NCBI GenBank assembly: GCA_011523565.1
Contig: WTGL01000072.1
Location: forward strand, 1,914 to 57,342
DNA length: 55,429 bases
Reading direction: 5' to 3'
Source of the DNA: Acidobacteriota bacterium
GTDB taxonomy: Bacteria; Acidobacteriota; Thermoanaerobaculia; Multivoradales; Multivoraceae
Position 1 is the stretch's first letter. The number at the start of each line of letters is the position of its first letter. Positions 1-8,963 of the stretch are shown piece after piece. The position numbers and the translations under genes were made by a program. Under the pieces are notes generated by a model. It saw nothing but the letters and a program-made list of their open reading frames with translations, made no database searches and was not told the DNA's origin.

Positions 1-1
1 C

Positions 2-304
2 GTGCTCGGCAACCTGTCCATCGACCGCGCGCGCCGCCGCGTGACGGTCGACGGGGTTCCCGTGCGGCTGACCGCCACCGAGTACGAACTCCTGCGGGTC
101 CTCTCCGTGAACGCCGGGCACGTGACGACCTACGAAGCCCTGCTGCGCCGGGTGTGGGGCGGCCGGGTATACGCCCAGCCGCAACTCGTCCGGGCCTTCG
201 TCAAGAAGCTGCGGACCAAGCTCGGCGACGACTCGAGCGACCCGACCTACATCTTCAACGAACGAGGCGTCGGCTACCGGATGCCCAAGCCGGGCGAGGT
301 CTGA
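2..304 (+). CDS. 3' fragment of a gene encoding an OmpR-family winged-helix (Trans_reg_C) DNA-binding domain; the 5' end lies outside the window
   Basis: Translation ...TATEYELLRVLSVNAGHVTTYEALLRRVWGG...LVRAFVKKLRTKLGDD...YIFNERGVGYRM is the canonical OmpR/PhoB C-terminal effector domain. It closely resembles the C-terminus of the hybrid kinase at 40027-42471. Confidence 0.85.
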   Translation: MLGNLSIDRARRRVTVDGVPVRLTATEYELLRVLSVNAGHVTTYEALLRRVWGGRVYAQPQLVRAFVKKLRTKLGDDSSDPTYIFNERGVGYRMPKPGEV

Positions 305-393
305 CTACAGGCGCCGGCACCTGCTGCCGCGTCTCGCCAGGCAGCGCCGGATAGACTGAACGTCGGCGGCAGACCGCCGAGTCGCAGGCAGCG

Positions 394-837
394 ATGACGA
401 CCCCGGAACCACCGCGCTGGCACTATCGCTTCGCCAACTACCGGCGTGTATTCCTCCTGCTCCGGGAAGCCCTGGACAAGGAAGAGCTCACCCAACTCGA
501 ACGGGAAGGGACGATTCAACGTTTCGAGTACACGATGGAACTCGCCTGGAACGTCATGAAGGACTACCTGGAGGCCCAGAACGTCGTCTTCCCGCAGGTC
601 ACGCCCCGGGCCATCATCCGGGTGGCGTTCGAAGCCCAGCTCATCAGGGACGGCGAGGCATGGATGGACGCCCTGGATGACCGCAACAAGATGTCCCACA
701 CCTACAGCTTCGAGCGTTTCGAGGAAGTACTCGAACGAGTCCGCCGCAGGTACCTTGAGGCCATGGACGACCTTCACGTGTACCTCTTCGATGAACTCGA
801 AGGCCGGGAGGCGCCGGCGCAGACCGGTGCGACATGA
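394..837 (+). CDS. hepT: HEPN-domain toxin, HI0074-type nucleotidyltransferase substrate-binding protein (HepT-like)
   Basis: 147 aa. Contains QRFEYTMELAWNVMKDYL and the Rx4H HEPN motif (DDRNKMSHTY). Overlaps the downstream MNT gene by 4 nt (ATGA). Confidence 0.8.
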   Translation: MTTPEPPRWHYRFANYRRVFLLLREALDKEELTQLEREGTIQRFEYTMELAWNVMKDYLEAQNVVFPQVTPRAIIRVAFEAQLIRDGEAWMDALDDRNKMSHTYSFERFEEVLERVRRRYLEAMDDLHVYLFDELEGREAPAQTGAT

Positions 838-1232
838 GCTCTGACGCCGAAAGCGCGGCCCGCGAGGCGTCTGCCGACTTCAGCGACGTGGACCATGGCC
901 TGTCAGCCAGACAGCTCGCCACGGTCCGCAGCATTCTCGAGCCCTGGGCGAACAGGATCACGGCGGTGGAAGTGTTCGGCTCGCGAGCCACGGGCGCCTA
1001 TCGAGCAAACTCGGATCTTGACCTGCTGCTTCACGGGGACCTCGACCACCGCGCCATCGATCGTCTCTGGACCCTGTTTCACGAGAGCAACCTGCCCTTC
1101 GCGGTCGATGTGGCCAGCTACGACCTGACAAGCCACGAGGCGCTTCGCGAGCACATGGACCGCGTCCGCAAACCGCTCTTCGACACTCTAACGGCGACGG
1201 CGCTTGTGGGTTCGGAGCGGAAAGGGCGGTAG
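834..1232 (+). CDS. mntA: Minimal nucleotidyltransferase (MNT, MntA-like antitoxin partner of HepT)
   Basis: 132 aa. Pol-beta-type NTase signature VFGSRATGAYRANSDLDLLL. Translationally coupled to the upstream HEPN gene. Confidence 0.8.
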   Translation: MSSDAESAAREASADFSDVDHGLSARQLATVRSILEPWANRITAVEVFGSRATGAYRANSDLDLLLHGDLDHRAIDRLWTLFHESNLPFAVDVASYDLTSHEALREHMDRVRKPLFDTLTATALVGSERKGR

Positions 1233-1312
1233 CAGCGCCGCTTCTATGCCCAGGCCGGGCGAGGTCTACCGCCGTTGACCGGCCAAGCCTTTCGCACTAC
1301 CGTACTCTGCCG

Positions 1313-3340
1313 GTGGTGGAGTCACAGGTCAGCATCCATCGGCCGGGTTCTGCCCTGCCGCAGCCGCCGCGCGTCATCGACTTGATGATCGACGCGGCCG
1401 TCCGCAACCTGCTGGGCCAGCAGGAGGGAGACGGCCACTGGTGCGCCGAGCTCGAAGGCGACACGATCCTCGAGTCGGAGTACGTCCTGCTGCTTCACTT
1501 CCTCGGCCGGGGCGACGATCCGCGCGTCGGCGCCTGCTGCCAGCGTCTGCGCAGCCAGCAGCAGGAAGACGGCGGCTGGGCGACCTATCCGGACGGCCCC
1601 ACGGATCCGAGCATCTCGGTCAAGGCCTACCTGTGCCTGAAGCTCGCCGGCGACGACCCGCGCTCGCCGCGCATGGCCGCGGCGCGCCGCGCGATCCTGG
1701 CAGCCGGCGGCCTCCGGGCGTGCAACTCGTACACCAGGCTGTACCTGTCGATCTTCGGCCTGTGGGACTGGCGGCGGGCGCCGGCGGTTCCCCCCGAGAT
1801 CATCCTGCTGCCGCGCTGGTTCTACTTCAACACCTACGAGATGTCCTCCTGGACGCGGACGATCGCCCTGCCGCTGTCCGTGATCTGGGCCGTCAAGCCG
1901 AGCGTGCCGCTCGACGTGACCCTGGACGAACTCGAGACGGACGCCGCCCCGGCCGGCCCGAGGACGAGTCTGTTCGAGTTCTTCTGGTCGAAGGTCTTCA
2001 TCGGCATCGACCAACTGATCAAGCTGGTCGAAGTGGTCGGTCCGGTTCCTCCGTGGCGCCGTCGCGCCCTCGAGGAAGTCGAGCGATGGCTCGTCCCCCG
2101 GATCGAAGGAGCGGACGGCCTGGGCGCGATCTTCCCCGCCATGGTCAACACCGCCATCGCCCTGCGCTGCCTGGGCTACGAGGAGGACCATCCCCTCGTC
2201 CGGAGTCAACTGCGTGAACTCGAACGGTTCGAGATCGAGGAGGCGGGCGAGGTCCGCCTGCAGCCGTGCCTGTCGCCGGTCTGGGACACGGCGCTCACGG
2301 TGAACGCCCTGCTCGCCGGCGGCATGGACCACCGGGACGCGCCGATTCAGGAAGGACTGGAATGGCTCCTCGACCGGGAGGTCACGGTCCCCGGGGACTG
2401 GCGGGAGAAGAGCCTCCAGGACGCCCCGGGCGGCTGGTGCTTCGAGTACCGCAACGACTTCTACCCCGACTGCGACGACACGGCCGAGGTTCTCCTGCTG
2501 CTCGCCGGGGTCCGGGGACAGACCGCCGAACTGGAGACGCGCCGGCGGGAGGCCTCGGCCCGCGGTCTCCGGTGGCTGCTGGGGCTGCAGAACCCCGACG
2601 GCGGCTGGGCCTCGTTCGATCGCTGCTGCTCGAAGCGCATCCTGACGCTGATTCCGTTCGCCGACCACAACGCGATGATCGACCCGAGCACGGCGGACAT
2701 CACGGCGCGCGTCATCTGCGCGCTGCTTGCCAACGGCTATCAGCCCGGCGACGAGCCCGTGCGGCGGGGTACCGCCTACCTCCTGCGTGAGCAGGAGGGA
2801 GACGGGAGCTGGTCCGGCCGGTGGGGCGCCAACCACATCTACGGCACCTGGCTCGCTTTGACCGCGCTGCGCCAGGTGGAGAGCCGCTGGCCGGGCCGCG
2901 CGCCCGAGCGGCTGGCGCGCGCGATACGGCGCGGACGCCGCTGGTTGCTGGAGGCGCAGAACGAGGACGGCGGCTGGGGCGAGTCCCTGCGTTCCTACGC
3001 GGAACCGCGCGCCAGGGGCATCGGGCGCAGCACCGCCTCCCAGACGGCCTGGGCGATGCTGGGGCTGGTCTCGGCGGTCGAGGCCGGGACGGACCGGCGC
3101 GACGTCGAACGGGCGCGCGCCGCGCTCGACCGCGCCGTCGCCTTCCTGCACGAACATCAGCTCGACGACGGCGCCTGGTACGACCGGGACTGGACGGGAG
3201 TCGGCTTTCCCCGCGTTTTCTATCTCCGCTACCACGGCTACGCCCAGTACTTCCCGCTCGAGGCGCTGGCCGCCTACCGGCGTCTCGAACTGTCGACCCG
3301 AAACGGCGGCCCGGCCGGCCACGACCTGACCGCCAACTGA
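1313..3340 (+). CDS. shc: Squalene-hopene cyclase
   Basis: 675 aa. Catalytic DxDDTA motif (YPDCDDTAEV). Multiple QW repeats (QQEDGGWATY, LQNPDGGWASF, EQEGDGSWSGRWG, AQNEDGGWGES). GTG start. Confidence 0.95.
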   Translation: MVESQVSIHRPGSALPQPPRVIDLMIDAAVRNLLGQQEGDGHWCAELEGDTILESEYVLLLHFLGRGDDPRVGACCQRLRSQQQEDGGWATYPDGPTDPSISVKAYLCLKLAGDDPRSPRMAAARRAILAAGGLRACNSYTRLYLSIFGLWDWRRAPAVPPEIILLPRWFYFNTYEMSSWTRTIALPLSVIWAVKPSVPLDVTLDELETDAAPAGPRTSLFEFFWSKVFIGIDQLIKLVEVVGPVPPWRRRALEEVERWLVPRIEGADGLGAIFPAMVNTAIALRCLGYEEDHPLVRSQLRELERFEIEEAGEVRLQPCLSPVWDTALTVNALLAGGMDHRDAPIQEGLEWLLDREVTVPGDWREKSLQDAPGGWCFEYRNDFYPDCDDTAEVLLLLAGVRGQTAELETRRREASARGLRWLLGLQNPDGGWASFDRCCSKRILTLIPFADHNAMIDPSTADITARVICALLANGYQPGDEPVRRGTAYLLREQEGDGSWSGRWGANHIYGTWLALTALRQVESRWPGRAPERLARAIRRGRRWLLEAQNEDGGWGESLRSYAEPRARGIGRSTASQTAWAMLGLVSAVEAGTDRRDVERARAALDRAVAFLHEHQLDDGAWYDRDWTGVGFPRVFYLRYHGYAQYFPLEALAAYRRLELSTRNGGPAGHDLTAN

Positions 3341-3361
3341 CCGATCCGCGGACGGACCAGC

Positions 3362-4363
3362 ATGCGCACACCGCTCCACATGGTGACCGACAACCTGAAG
3401 GTCCAGGTGAAGAACGCCCTTCGAGGCCGGCGCCGGTATCCGTTCGTTCTGATGCTCGAACCGCTCTACACCTGCAACCTGGCCTGCCTCGGCTGCTCGG
3501 TGGAGCGGCATACCGGCAAGCTGAAGGACCGGATGCCGGTCTCCGAGTGCCTCGACGCGGTTCGGGCCAGCGAAGCCCCCGTCGTCTCGATCTGCGGCGG
3601 CGAGCCGACGATCTACCCCGAGCTGCCCGAACTGATCGCGGGCATCATCGCCCGCCGCCGGCACATCTACCTGTGCACGAACGCCCTGCTGCTGGACACG
3701 AAGGTCTTCGAGCGCGTGCCTCCCAACCGGCGGCTGACGCTGAACGTCCACCTCGACGGCATGCGCGAAACCCACGACTACGTCTGCGCCCGCGAGGGCG
3801 TGTTCGAGAAGGCCGTCGAGATGATCCGGGAGGCGAAGGAGCGCGGCTACCACGTCACGACGAACACGACCGTGTTCAAGGAAACCCGGGTCGACGAAGT
3901 CGAGGAACTCTGCCGTTTCCTGCGCGACCTGGACATCGACGGCATGCTGATCTCGCCGGGCTACCAGTACGAATCGGTCGACCGGGACATCTTCCTCACC
4001 CGGCAGGACACGGAACGGAAGTTCCGGCGCATCCTCGAGATCGCGGACGACTACAAGCTGACCTCGACGCCCATGTTCCTCGAGTTCGCGGCCGGCCTGC
4101 GGGACTACTCCTGCTCGCCCTGGAGCACCGTGACGCGAACCCCCCTGGGCTGGAAGGGACCGTGCTACCTGATCGGCAAGCGCTACTACCCGACCTTCGA
4201 GGAGTTCTGGGAGGACACCGACTGGAGCTACTGGGAGTCCCGGCAGGATCCACTGTGCAGCAACTGCGCGATGCACTCGGGTTTCGAGGCCTCGGTCGTG
4301 CGCGAGCTCCCCAGCAGTCCGAAGGACGCCCTGCGTCTGGCCGCCTGGCACCTGTCGGGATGA
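3362..4363 (+). CDS. hpnH: Hopanoid biosynthesis radical SAM protein HpnH (adenosylhopane synthase)
   Basis: 333 aa. Radical-SAM cluster motif CNLACLGC near the N-terminus. Lies immediately downstream of shc. Confidence 0.9.
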   Translation: MRTPLHMVTDNLKVQVKNALRGRRRYPFVLMLEPLYTCNLACLGCSVERHTGKLKDRMPVSECLDAVRASEAPVVSICGGEPTIYPELPELIAGIIARRRHIYLCTNALLLDTKVFERVPPNRRLTLNVHLDGMRETHDYVCAREGVFEKAVEMIREAKERGYHVTTNTTVFKETRVDEVEELCRFLRDLDIDGMLISPGYQYESVDRDIFLTRQDTERKFRRILEIADDYKLTSTPMFLEFAAGLRDYSCSPWSTVTRTPLGWKGPCYLIGKRYYPTFEEFWEDTDWSYWESRQDPLCSNCAMHSGFEASVVRELPSSPKDALRLAAWHLSG

Positions 4364-4386
4364 GACCGCGCGACCGGTAACGAGCC

Positions 4387-5433
4387 ATGACGGCTCTCGT
4401 GACCGGCGGCACCGGCTTCGTCGGAGCGCACGTCGTCCGGGCGCTGCTCGCACGCGGCGGAGACGGTGTGCGCTGTCTCGCAAGGCCGGGCGGAGTCCGC
4501 TCGAACCTCGACGGCCTCGACGTGGAAATCGTCGACGGCGACCTGCGCGACCGCGATTCGATGCGGGCGGCAACCGCGGGCTGCAGCGAGGTCTACCACT
4601 GCGCCGCCGACTACCGCCTGTTCGCGCGCAGGCCGCGCGAGATCTACGCCTCGAACGTCGACGGCACGCGCACCCTGCTGGCGGCGGCCGAGCGGGCGGG
4701 CGTTCGCCGGATCGTCTACACGAGCTCGGTCGGCGCGCTCGGGCTCGAACCCGACGGCACGCCCGCCACGGAAACGACGCCGGTCGCGCTCTCCTCCATG
4801 GTCGGCCACTACAAGCGGAGCAAGTACCTGGCCGAACGCGCGGCGGAGGAGGCCGCGGCCGCCGGCGCGCCCGTGGTGATCGTCAACCCCTCGACGCCGG
4901 TCGGCGAGCTGGACGTCAAGCCGACGCCCACCGGACGCATCATCCTCGACTTCCTGAACCGGAGGATGCCGGCCTACGTCGACACGGGTCTGAACCTGAT
5001 CGACGTGCGCGACGTGGCGACGGGCCATCTGCTGGCCGCGGAGCGCGGGGGGCCAGGGGAGAAGTACATCCTCGGCTGCCGCAACGTGACGCTGGCCGAC
5101 CTGCTGCGGGCGCTGGCGGAGATCACGGGCCTCGAAGCTCCGCGCGTTCGGCTGCCGCACTGGCTGCCGCTCGGGGCGGCGGCTCTCGCGACGGGTTGGG
5201 CGCGGCTCTCGGGAGGCGAGCCGCGGGTCTCCCTGGAGAGCGCCCGGATGGCCCGCAAGCGGATGTTCTTCGATGCCGGGAAGGCGGTGAAGGAACTCGG
5301 GCTGCCGCAGAGGCCCGTGGAGCCGGCGCTCGAGCGGGCGGTGCACTGGTTCGAGGACAACGGCTATGTGACACGGCCCGGGGCCGGCCGGCGGCGCGCG
5401 GCGAGCGGCCGGCGGAGCGGTGGAGCCTCATGA
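4387..5433 (+). CDS. hpnA: NAD-dependent epimerase/dehydratase, hopanoid-associated sugar epimerase HpnA-like
   Basis: N-terminal Rossmann motif MTALVTGGTGFVGAHVV. Located between hpnH and hpnG. Confidence 0.8.
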   Translation: MTALVTGGTGFVGAHVVRALLARGGDGVRCLARPGGVRSNLDGLDVEIVDGDLRDRDSMRAATAGCSEVYHCAADYRLFARRPREIYASNVDGTRTLLAAAERAGVRRIVYTSSVGALGLEPDGTPATETTPVALSSMVGHYKRSKYLAERAAEEAAAAGAPVVIVNPSTPVGELDVKPTPTGRIILDFLNRRMPAYVDTGLNLIDVRDVATGHLLAAERGGPGEKYILGCRNVTLADLLRALAEITGLEAPRVRLPHWLPLGAAALATGWARLSGGEPRVSLESARMARKRMFFDAGKAVKELGLPQRPVEPALERAVHWFEDNGYVTRPGAGRRRAASGRRSGGAS

Positions 5434-6227
5434 CGACCGCCTACGATCAGTACCCGGCGGACGCGACCGTCTACCTCGCCGCGATGCGGTTCGAGGCGAC
5501 CGCGATTCTCCGACTGCTCGATCGAAAGCGCCGGGTCCGGGATCCGGAGGGCCTCCGGGTCGTCGCCGGAAGCCTGGGCAGGCGGCCCGTGGTCGTAGCG
5601 ATCAGCGGCATCGGCGCACAGGCGGCGCGAAGAGCCGCCGAGACGTGCGTCCGGCTCGCCGGATGCGGTCGCTGCCGCCGCGTTGTATGGATCGGCATCG
5701 CCGGCGGCCTGTCGCCGGATCTTCAGGTCGGCGATCTGGTCGTCGCCCGCTCCGCGCTCGCCCCGGACCGTCCGCCCGTCGACCTCGACGACGCGCTCGT
5801 CGCGGCCGCAACGGCCCGGAATTGCCGCGCGGGCGTCGTGGTCACGGCCCCTCGGGTCGTCGCAGGGGCCGACGCTCGAGCCGCGCTCTGGCGCCGCGCC
5901 GGCTCTCCTGCGGTCACCGCGGTCGACATGGAGAGCTGGCCGGCAGCGCAGGTGCTTCACGCCGCGGGAGTGCGGTTCGCGGTTCTGCGAGCCGTCAGCG
6001 ATACGGCCGCGCAGGAGCTGCCCGGCTTCCTCCAGCACGTCGACGCGCCGGAGGCAGGCGGAACCGGCCGAGGCCACATCGTCCGCGCGGCGGTCTTGCG
6101 GCCGGCGAACTGGGTCGCCCTGGGCGCTTTCCGCCTGCGAGCCGGTCGCCATGTGCGGCGACTCGCGGCCGTAGCCGCCGCTCTATCCCGACAACCGGCC
6201 ACGGCGTCATCCGCGAGTGAGCCGTAG
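5430..6227 (+). CDS. hpnG: Hopanoid-associated phosphorylase/nucleosidase HpnG (PNP_UDP_1 family)
   Basis: In-frame ATG at 5430 overlaps the hpnA stop (ATGA). Motifs VVVAISGIGAQAA and TAVDMESWPAAQV are typical of MTA/SAH-nucleosidase-like proteins. The longer track ORF from 5196 is an Arg/Gly-rich extension overlapping hpnA. Confidence 0.8.
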   Translation: MTTAYDQYPADATVYLAAMRFEATAILRLLDRKRRVRDPEGLRVVAGSLGRRPVVVAISGIGAQAARRAAETCVRLAGCGRCRRVVWIGIAGGLSPDLQVGDLVVARSALAPDRPPVDLDDALVAAATARNCRAGVVVTAPRVVAGADARAALWRRAGSPAVTAVDMESWPAAQVLHAAGVRFAVLRAVSDTAAQELPGFLQHVDAPEAGGTGRGHIVRAAVLRPANWVALGAFRLRAGRHVRRLAAVAAALSRQPATASSASEP

Positions 6228-7047
6228 CGTGTCTCACTCCGTTCGCCGCCATCTCCGTGTCGCCATCCACGCTTACGACGCGACGATCCGGCAGTTCATT
6301 CCCGGCTACGAGGAGATGCTCCGGACGGCCGCGCGGGAAATGGCGCCGGCCGCCCCGGGTCGGGTCCTGGACCTCGGGGCCGGAACCGGCGCACTCGCCG
6401 AGGCGATCCTCGAGACGTCGCAGTCCGGGACGGTGGAACTCGTCGACGTCGACGCCGAGATGCTCAAGCAGGCGGAGACCCGGCTGGCGCGGTTCGGCAG
6501 CCGCGCGCGCTTCACCGAGGCGTCCTTCCTCGAGCCGCTACCCCGCTGCGACGGCGTGGCGGCGTCCCTGGCGCTCCACCACATCCCGGAACTGGACGCG
6601 AAGCGGGCGCTCTACCGGCGAATCCACGACACGCTCGAACCGGGCGGCGTCTTCGTCAACGCCGACGCCACGATGCCGGCGGAACCGGCGGCGCGCGCCG
6701 CCACCTGGCGCGGCTGGGCCGACCACATGATCAGCCACGGCATCGAGGAGCAAAGAGCGTTCGAACACTTCGAGGAATGGTCGGAGGAGGACACCTACTT
6801 CCCGCTCGAAGACGAGCTGGCGGCAGTCGCTGCCGCAGGGTTCGAGGCCGAGTGCGTGTGGATCGAAGTGGGGATTGCCGTCGTGGTGGGTCGCAAGGCA
6901 GCGAGCCGTCACTCCCGCAGCAGCCGAATCACCCGGGCAATCCCCGCCAAATCCGCCACCACTACCTCCACCACGAAGCCCGCCTCCCTCGCCAGCTCCA
7001 GCACTCCATCCACCTGTCCCTTCCCGATCTCCACCAGCAGCCGCTGA
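6217..7047 (+). CDS. Class I SAM-dependent methyltransferase
   Basis: Motif I VLDLGAGTGALAEAIL and post-I LVDVDAEML. GTG start overlaps the hpnG end. The last ~45 codons are low-complexity and lie antisense to the prmC 3' end, because there is no earlier in-frame stop. Confidence 0.75.
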   Translation: MSRSVSHSVRRHLRVAIHAYDATIRQFIPGYEEMLRTAAREMAPAAPGRVLDLGAGTGALAEAILETSQSGTVELVDVDAEMLKQAETRLARFGSRARFTEASFLEPLPRCDGVAASLALHHIPELDAKRALYRRIHDTLEPGGVFVNADATMPAEPAARAATWRGWADHMISHGIEEQRAFEHFEEWSEEDTYFPLEDELAAVAAAGFEAECVWIEVGIAVVVGRKAASRHSRSSRITRAIPAKSATTTSTTKPASLASSSTPSTCPFPISTSSR

Positions 7048-7772
7048 CCCGCGGCGAACCGGCTCCCGGCCCCGAACAGGCGACGGTAGAAGGCGAGTCC
7101 GTCACCGGCCAACAGGGCCTCCGGCGGCTCGTGGTCCCGGACCTCCGGCATCAGGGCGTGCCATTCGCCTGTGTCGATGTAGGGCGGATTGGACACGACC
7201 ACGTCGAACGGCCGCAGGCGGAGAGCCGAGAGCAGGTCGGCCCGGACAAGACGCACTCGTCCCTCCACGCTGTGCCTCCGGCAGTTCGATGCCGCCACCG
7301 CGAGTGCGCCGAGCGAGAGGTCGGTCGCGACCACCGAGGCGCCGGGGCGCTCCAGGGCCATCGTGACGGCGATGCAGCCGGATCCCGTGCCCAGGTCGAG
7401 CACGCGACTGCCGGCGCCCGTGCAGTCGAGGGCGGCCTCGACCAGGTGCTCCGTCTCGGGCCGCGGAATCAGCACCCGCGGATCGACTTCGAAGCCGCGG
7501 CCGTAGAACTCGCGGCGCCCCAGGAGGTAGGCCATGGGCACCCGGTCCGCCCGGCGCCGGATCAACTGTCCGTAGCTCACGCCGGCGGGTTCGGGCACGT
7601 CGTCGTCCGAGCGCGCATAGATCTCCGCCTCTTCGAGACCCAGGACCTCCCCGAGCAGCAGCGCCGCCTCGCGGCGCGGCTGTTCGACCGAACCGCTCAG
7701 GTGCTCGCGACCCAGGTCGAGCAGATCGACGATTCGAGCGGCCCCCGGCAGAGGCCTGCGGCCATCCGGCAC
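6909..7772 (-). CDS. prmC: Release-factor glutamine N5-methyltransferase
   Basis: 287 aa. Has VLDLGTGSGCIAV and the catalytic NPPY motif (VVSNPPYI). Lies directly downstream of prfA. Confidence 0.9.
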   Translation of the reverse strand: MPDGRRPLPGAARIVDLLDLGREHLSGSVEQPRREAALLLGEVLGLEEAEIYARSDDDVPEPAGVSYGQLIRRRADRVPMAYLLGRREFYGRGFEVDPRVLIPRPETEHLVEAALDCTGAGSRVLDLGTGSGCIAVTMALERPGASVVATDLSLGALAVAASNCRRHSVEGRVRLVRADLLSALRLRPFDVVVSNPPYIDTGEWHALMPEVRDHEPPEALLAGDGLAFYRRLFGAGSRFAAGQRLLVEIGKGQVDGVLELAREAGFVVEVVVADLAGIARVIRLLRE

Positions 7773-7788
7773 CGGGAAGGCGGCTTCC

Positions 7789-8871
7789 TCAGCTCGCGCT
7801 ACCGCCCGACTGCTGCAGCCGCTCCGCTTCGAAGTGCTGGTGCAGCGGGACGATCAGTGGATCGAGGTCGCCTTCGAGAATGGAGGGCAGCTTGTGGACC
7901 GACAGCCCGACGCGGTGGTCGGTAACCCGGTTCTGCGGGAAGTTGTAGGTCCGGATCTTCTCGGAGCGGTCGCCGCTGCCGACCATCCGCCGCCTCTCCG
8001 CGGACATCTCGGACTCGGCCCGGGCCTGTTCGATCTCGAGCAGGCGGCTCTTGAGGACCCGCATCGCCTTCGCCTTGTTCTTGATCTGGCTTCGTTCGTC
8101 CTGGCAGGTGACGACCAGGCCCGTCGGCTGATGCGTCAACCGCACCGCCGAGTAGGTCGTGTTGACGCCCTGGCCGCCGGGGCCGGACGCGCAGTAGGTG
8201 TCCACCCGCAAGTCCGAGGGATCGACCGCGATCTCGATGTCCTCCGCTTCGGGCAGCACGGCGACCGTGACCGCCGACGTGTGAATACGCCCCGAGGCCT
8301 CGGTCTCCGGCACCCGCTGCACGCGGTGGACGCCGGCCTCGTAGCGCAGGGTGGCGAACGCTCCCTGGCCCTCGACGATGGCCGACACATCCTTGATGCC
8401 GCGAATGCCGGATTCGGAGAGGTCGAGGATGTCGACCTTCCAGCCGTTCGCATCGGCGAAACGGCTGTACATCCGGAAGAGCTCCGCGGCGAACAGGGTT
8501 GCCTCGTCACCGCCGGTTCCCGCGCGAATCTCCAGGACGGCGTTGCGCTTCTCGTTCGGATCCTTGGGCGCCAGCTCCTCCTTCACCCGTTCCTCGATCG
8601 TCTCGAGGGTCGCCTCGAGCAGACGCTGCTCCTCGGTCGCCACCTCGAACAGATCGTCGTCGCGGTCGAGTTCACTCAGGAGCTCCGCGGTCTGGTCGAG
8701 TTCTTCCCGGGTCCTCTTGTAACGGTGGAAGAGCTCGACGACCGGGTTCAGCTCCGCCAGCGCCCGGCTCGTGTCGCGATACACGGCGGGGTTTCCCAGC
8801 ACATCCGGATCGGCGAGCTTGGCCGTCAGCTCGTCGAAGGTCTGCTCTAGCTGTTCGAGCTTGTCGAGCAT
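7789..8871 (-). CDS. prfA: Peptide chain release factor 1
   Basis: GGQ motif (SGPGGQGVNTT) and an RF1-type RVQRVPETEASGRIHTSA segment. The ATG at 8871 (MLDKLEQLEQ) is preceded by GGAGGA; an alternative GTG lies at 8904. Confidence 0.92.
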   Translation of the reverse strand: MLDKLEQLEQTFDELTAKLADPDVLGNPAVYRDTSRALAELNPVVELFHRYKRTREELDQTAELLSELDRDDDLFEVATEEQRLLEATLETIEERVKEELAPKDPNEKRNAVLEIRAGTGGDEATLFAAELFRMYSRFADANGWKVDILDLSESGIRGIKDVSAIVEGQGAFATLRYEAGVHRVQRVPETEASGRIHTSAVTVAVLPEAEDIEIAVDPSDLRVDTYCASGPGGQGVNTTYSAVRLTHQPTGLVVTCQDERSQIKNKAKAMRVLKSRLLEIEQARAESEMSAERRRMVGSGDRSEKIRTYNFPQNRVTDHRVGLSVHKLPSILEGDLDPLIVPLHQHFEAERLQQSGGSAS

Positions 8872-8963
8872 TGCCCGAGGATCCTCCAGGCCGTATCCTG
8901 CCACGGACCGGGTGCGGCGGCGTCATCTAGTCTCCCGCCCGAATTGCCCGAAGGAGGCACTGA

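Noticed and set aside
1322-4573. 1083-aa minus-strand ORF spanning shc and hpnH. Similar giants occur at 11649-14864(+), 11716-14250(-), 15610-18243(+), 19442-21787(-) and 22063-24267(-).
   Set aside because: They are Arg/Pro/Gly/Ala-dominated, low-complexity translations lying antisense or out of frame to genes with clear catalytic motifs. These are typical stop-codon-poor shadow ORFs of high-GC DNA.
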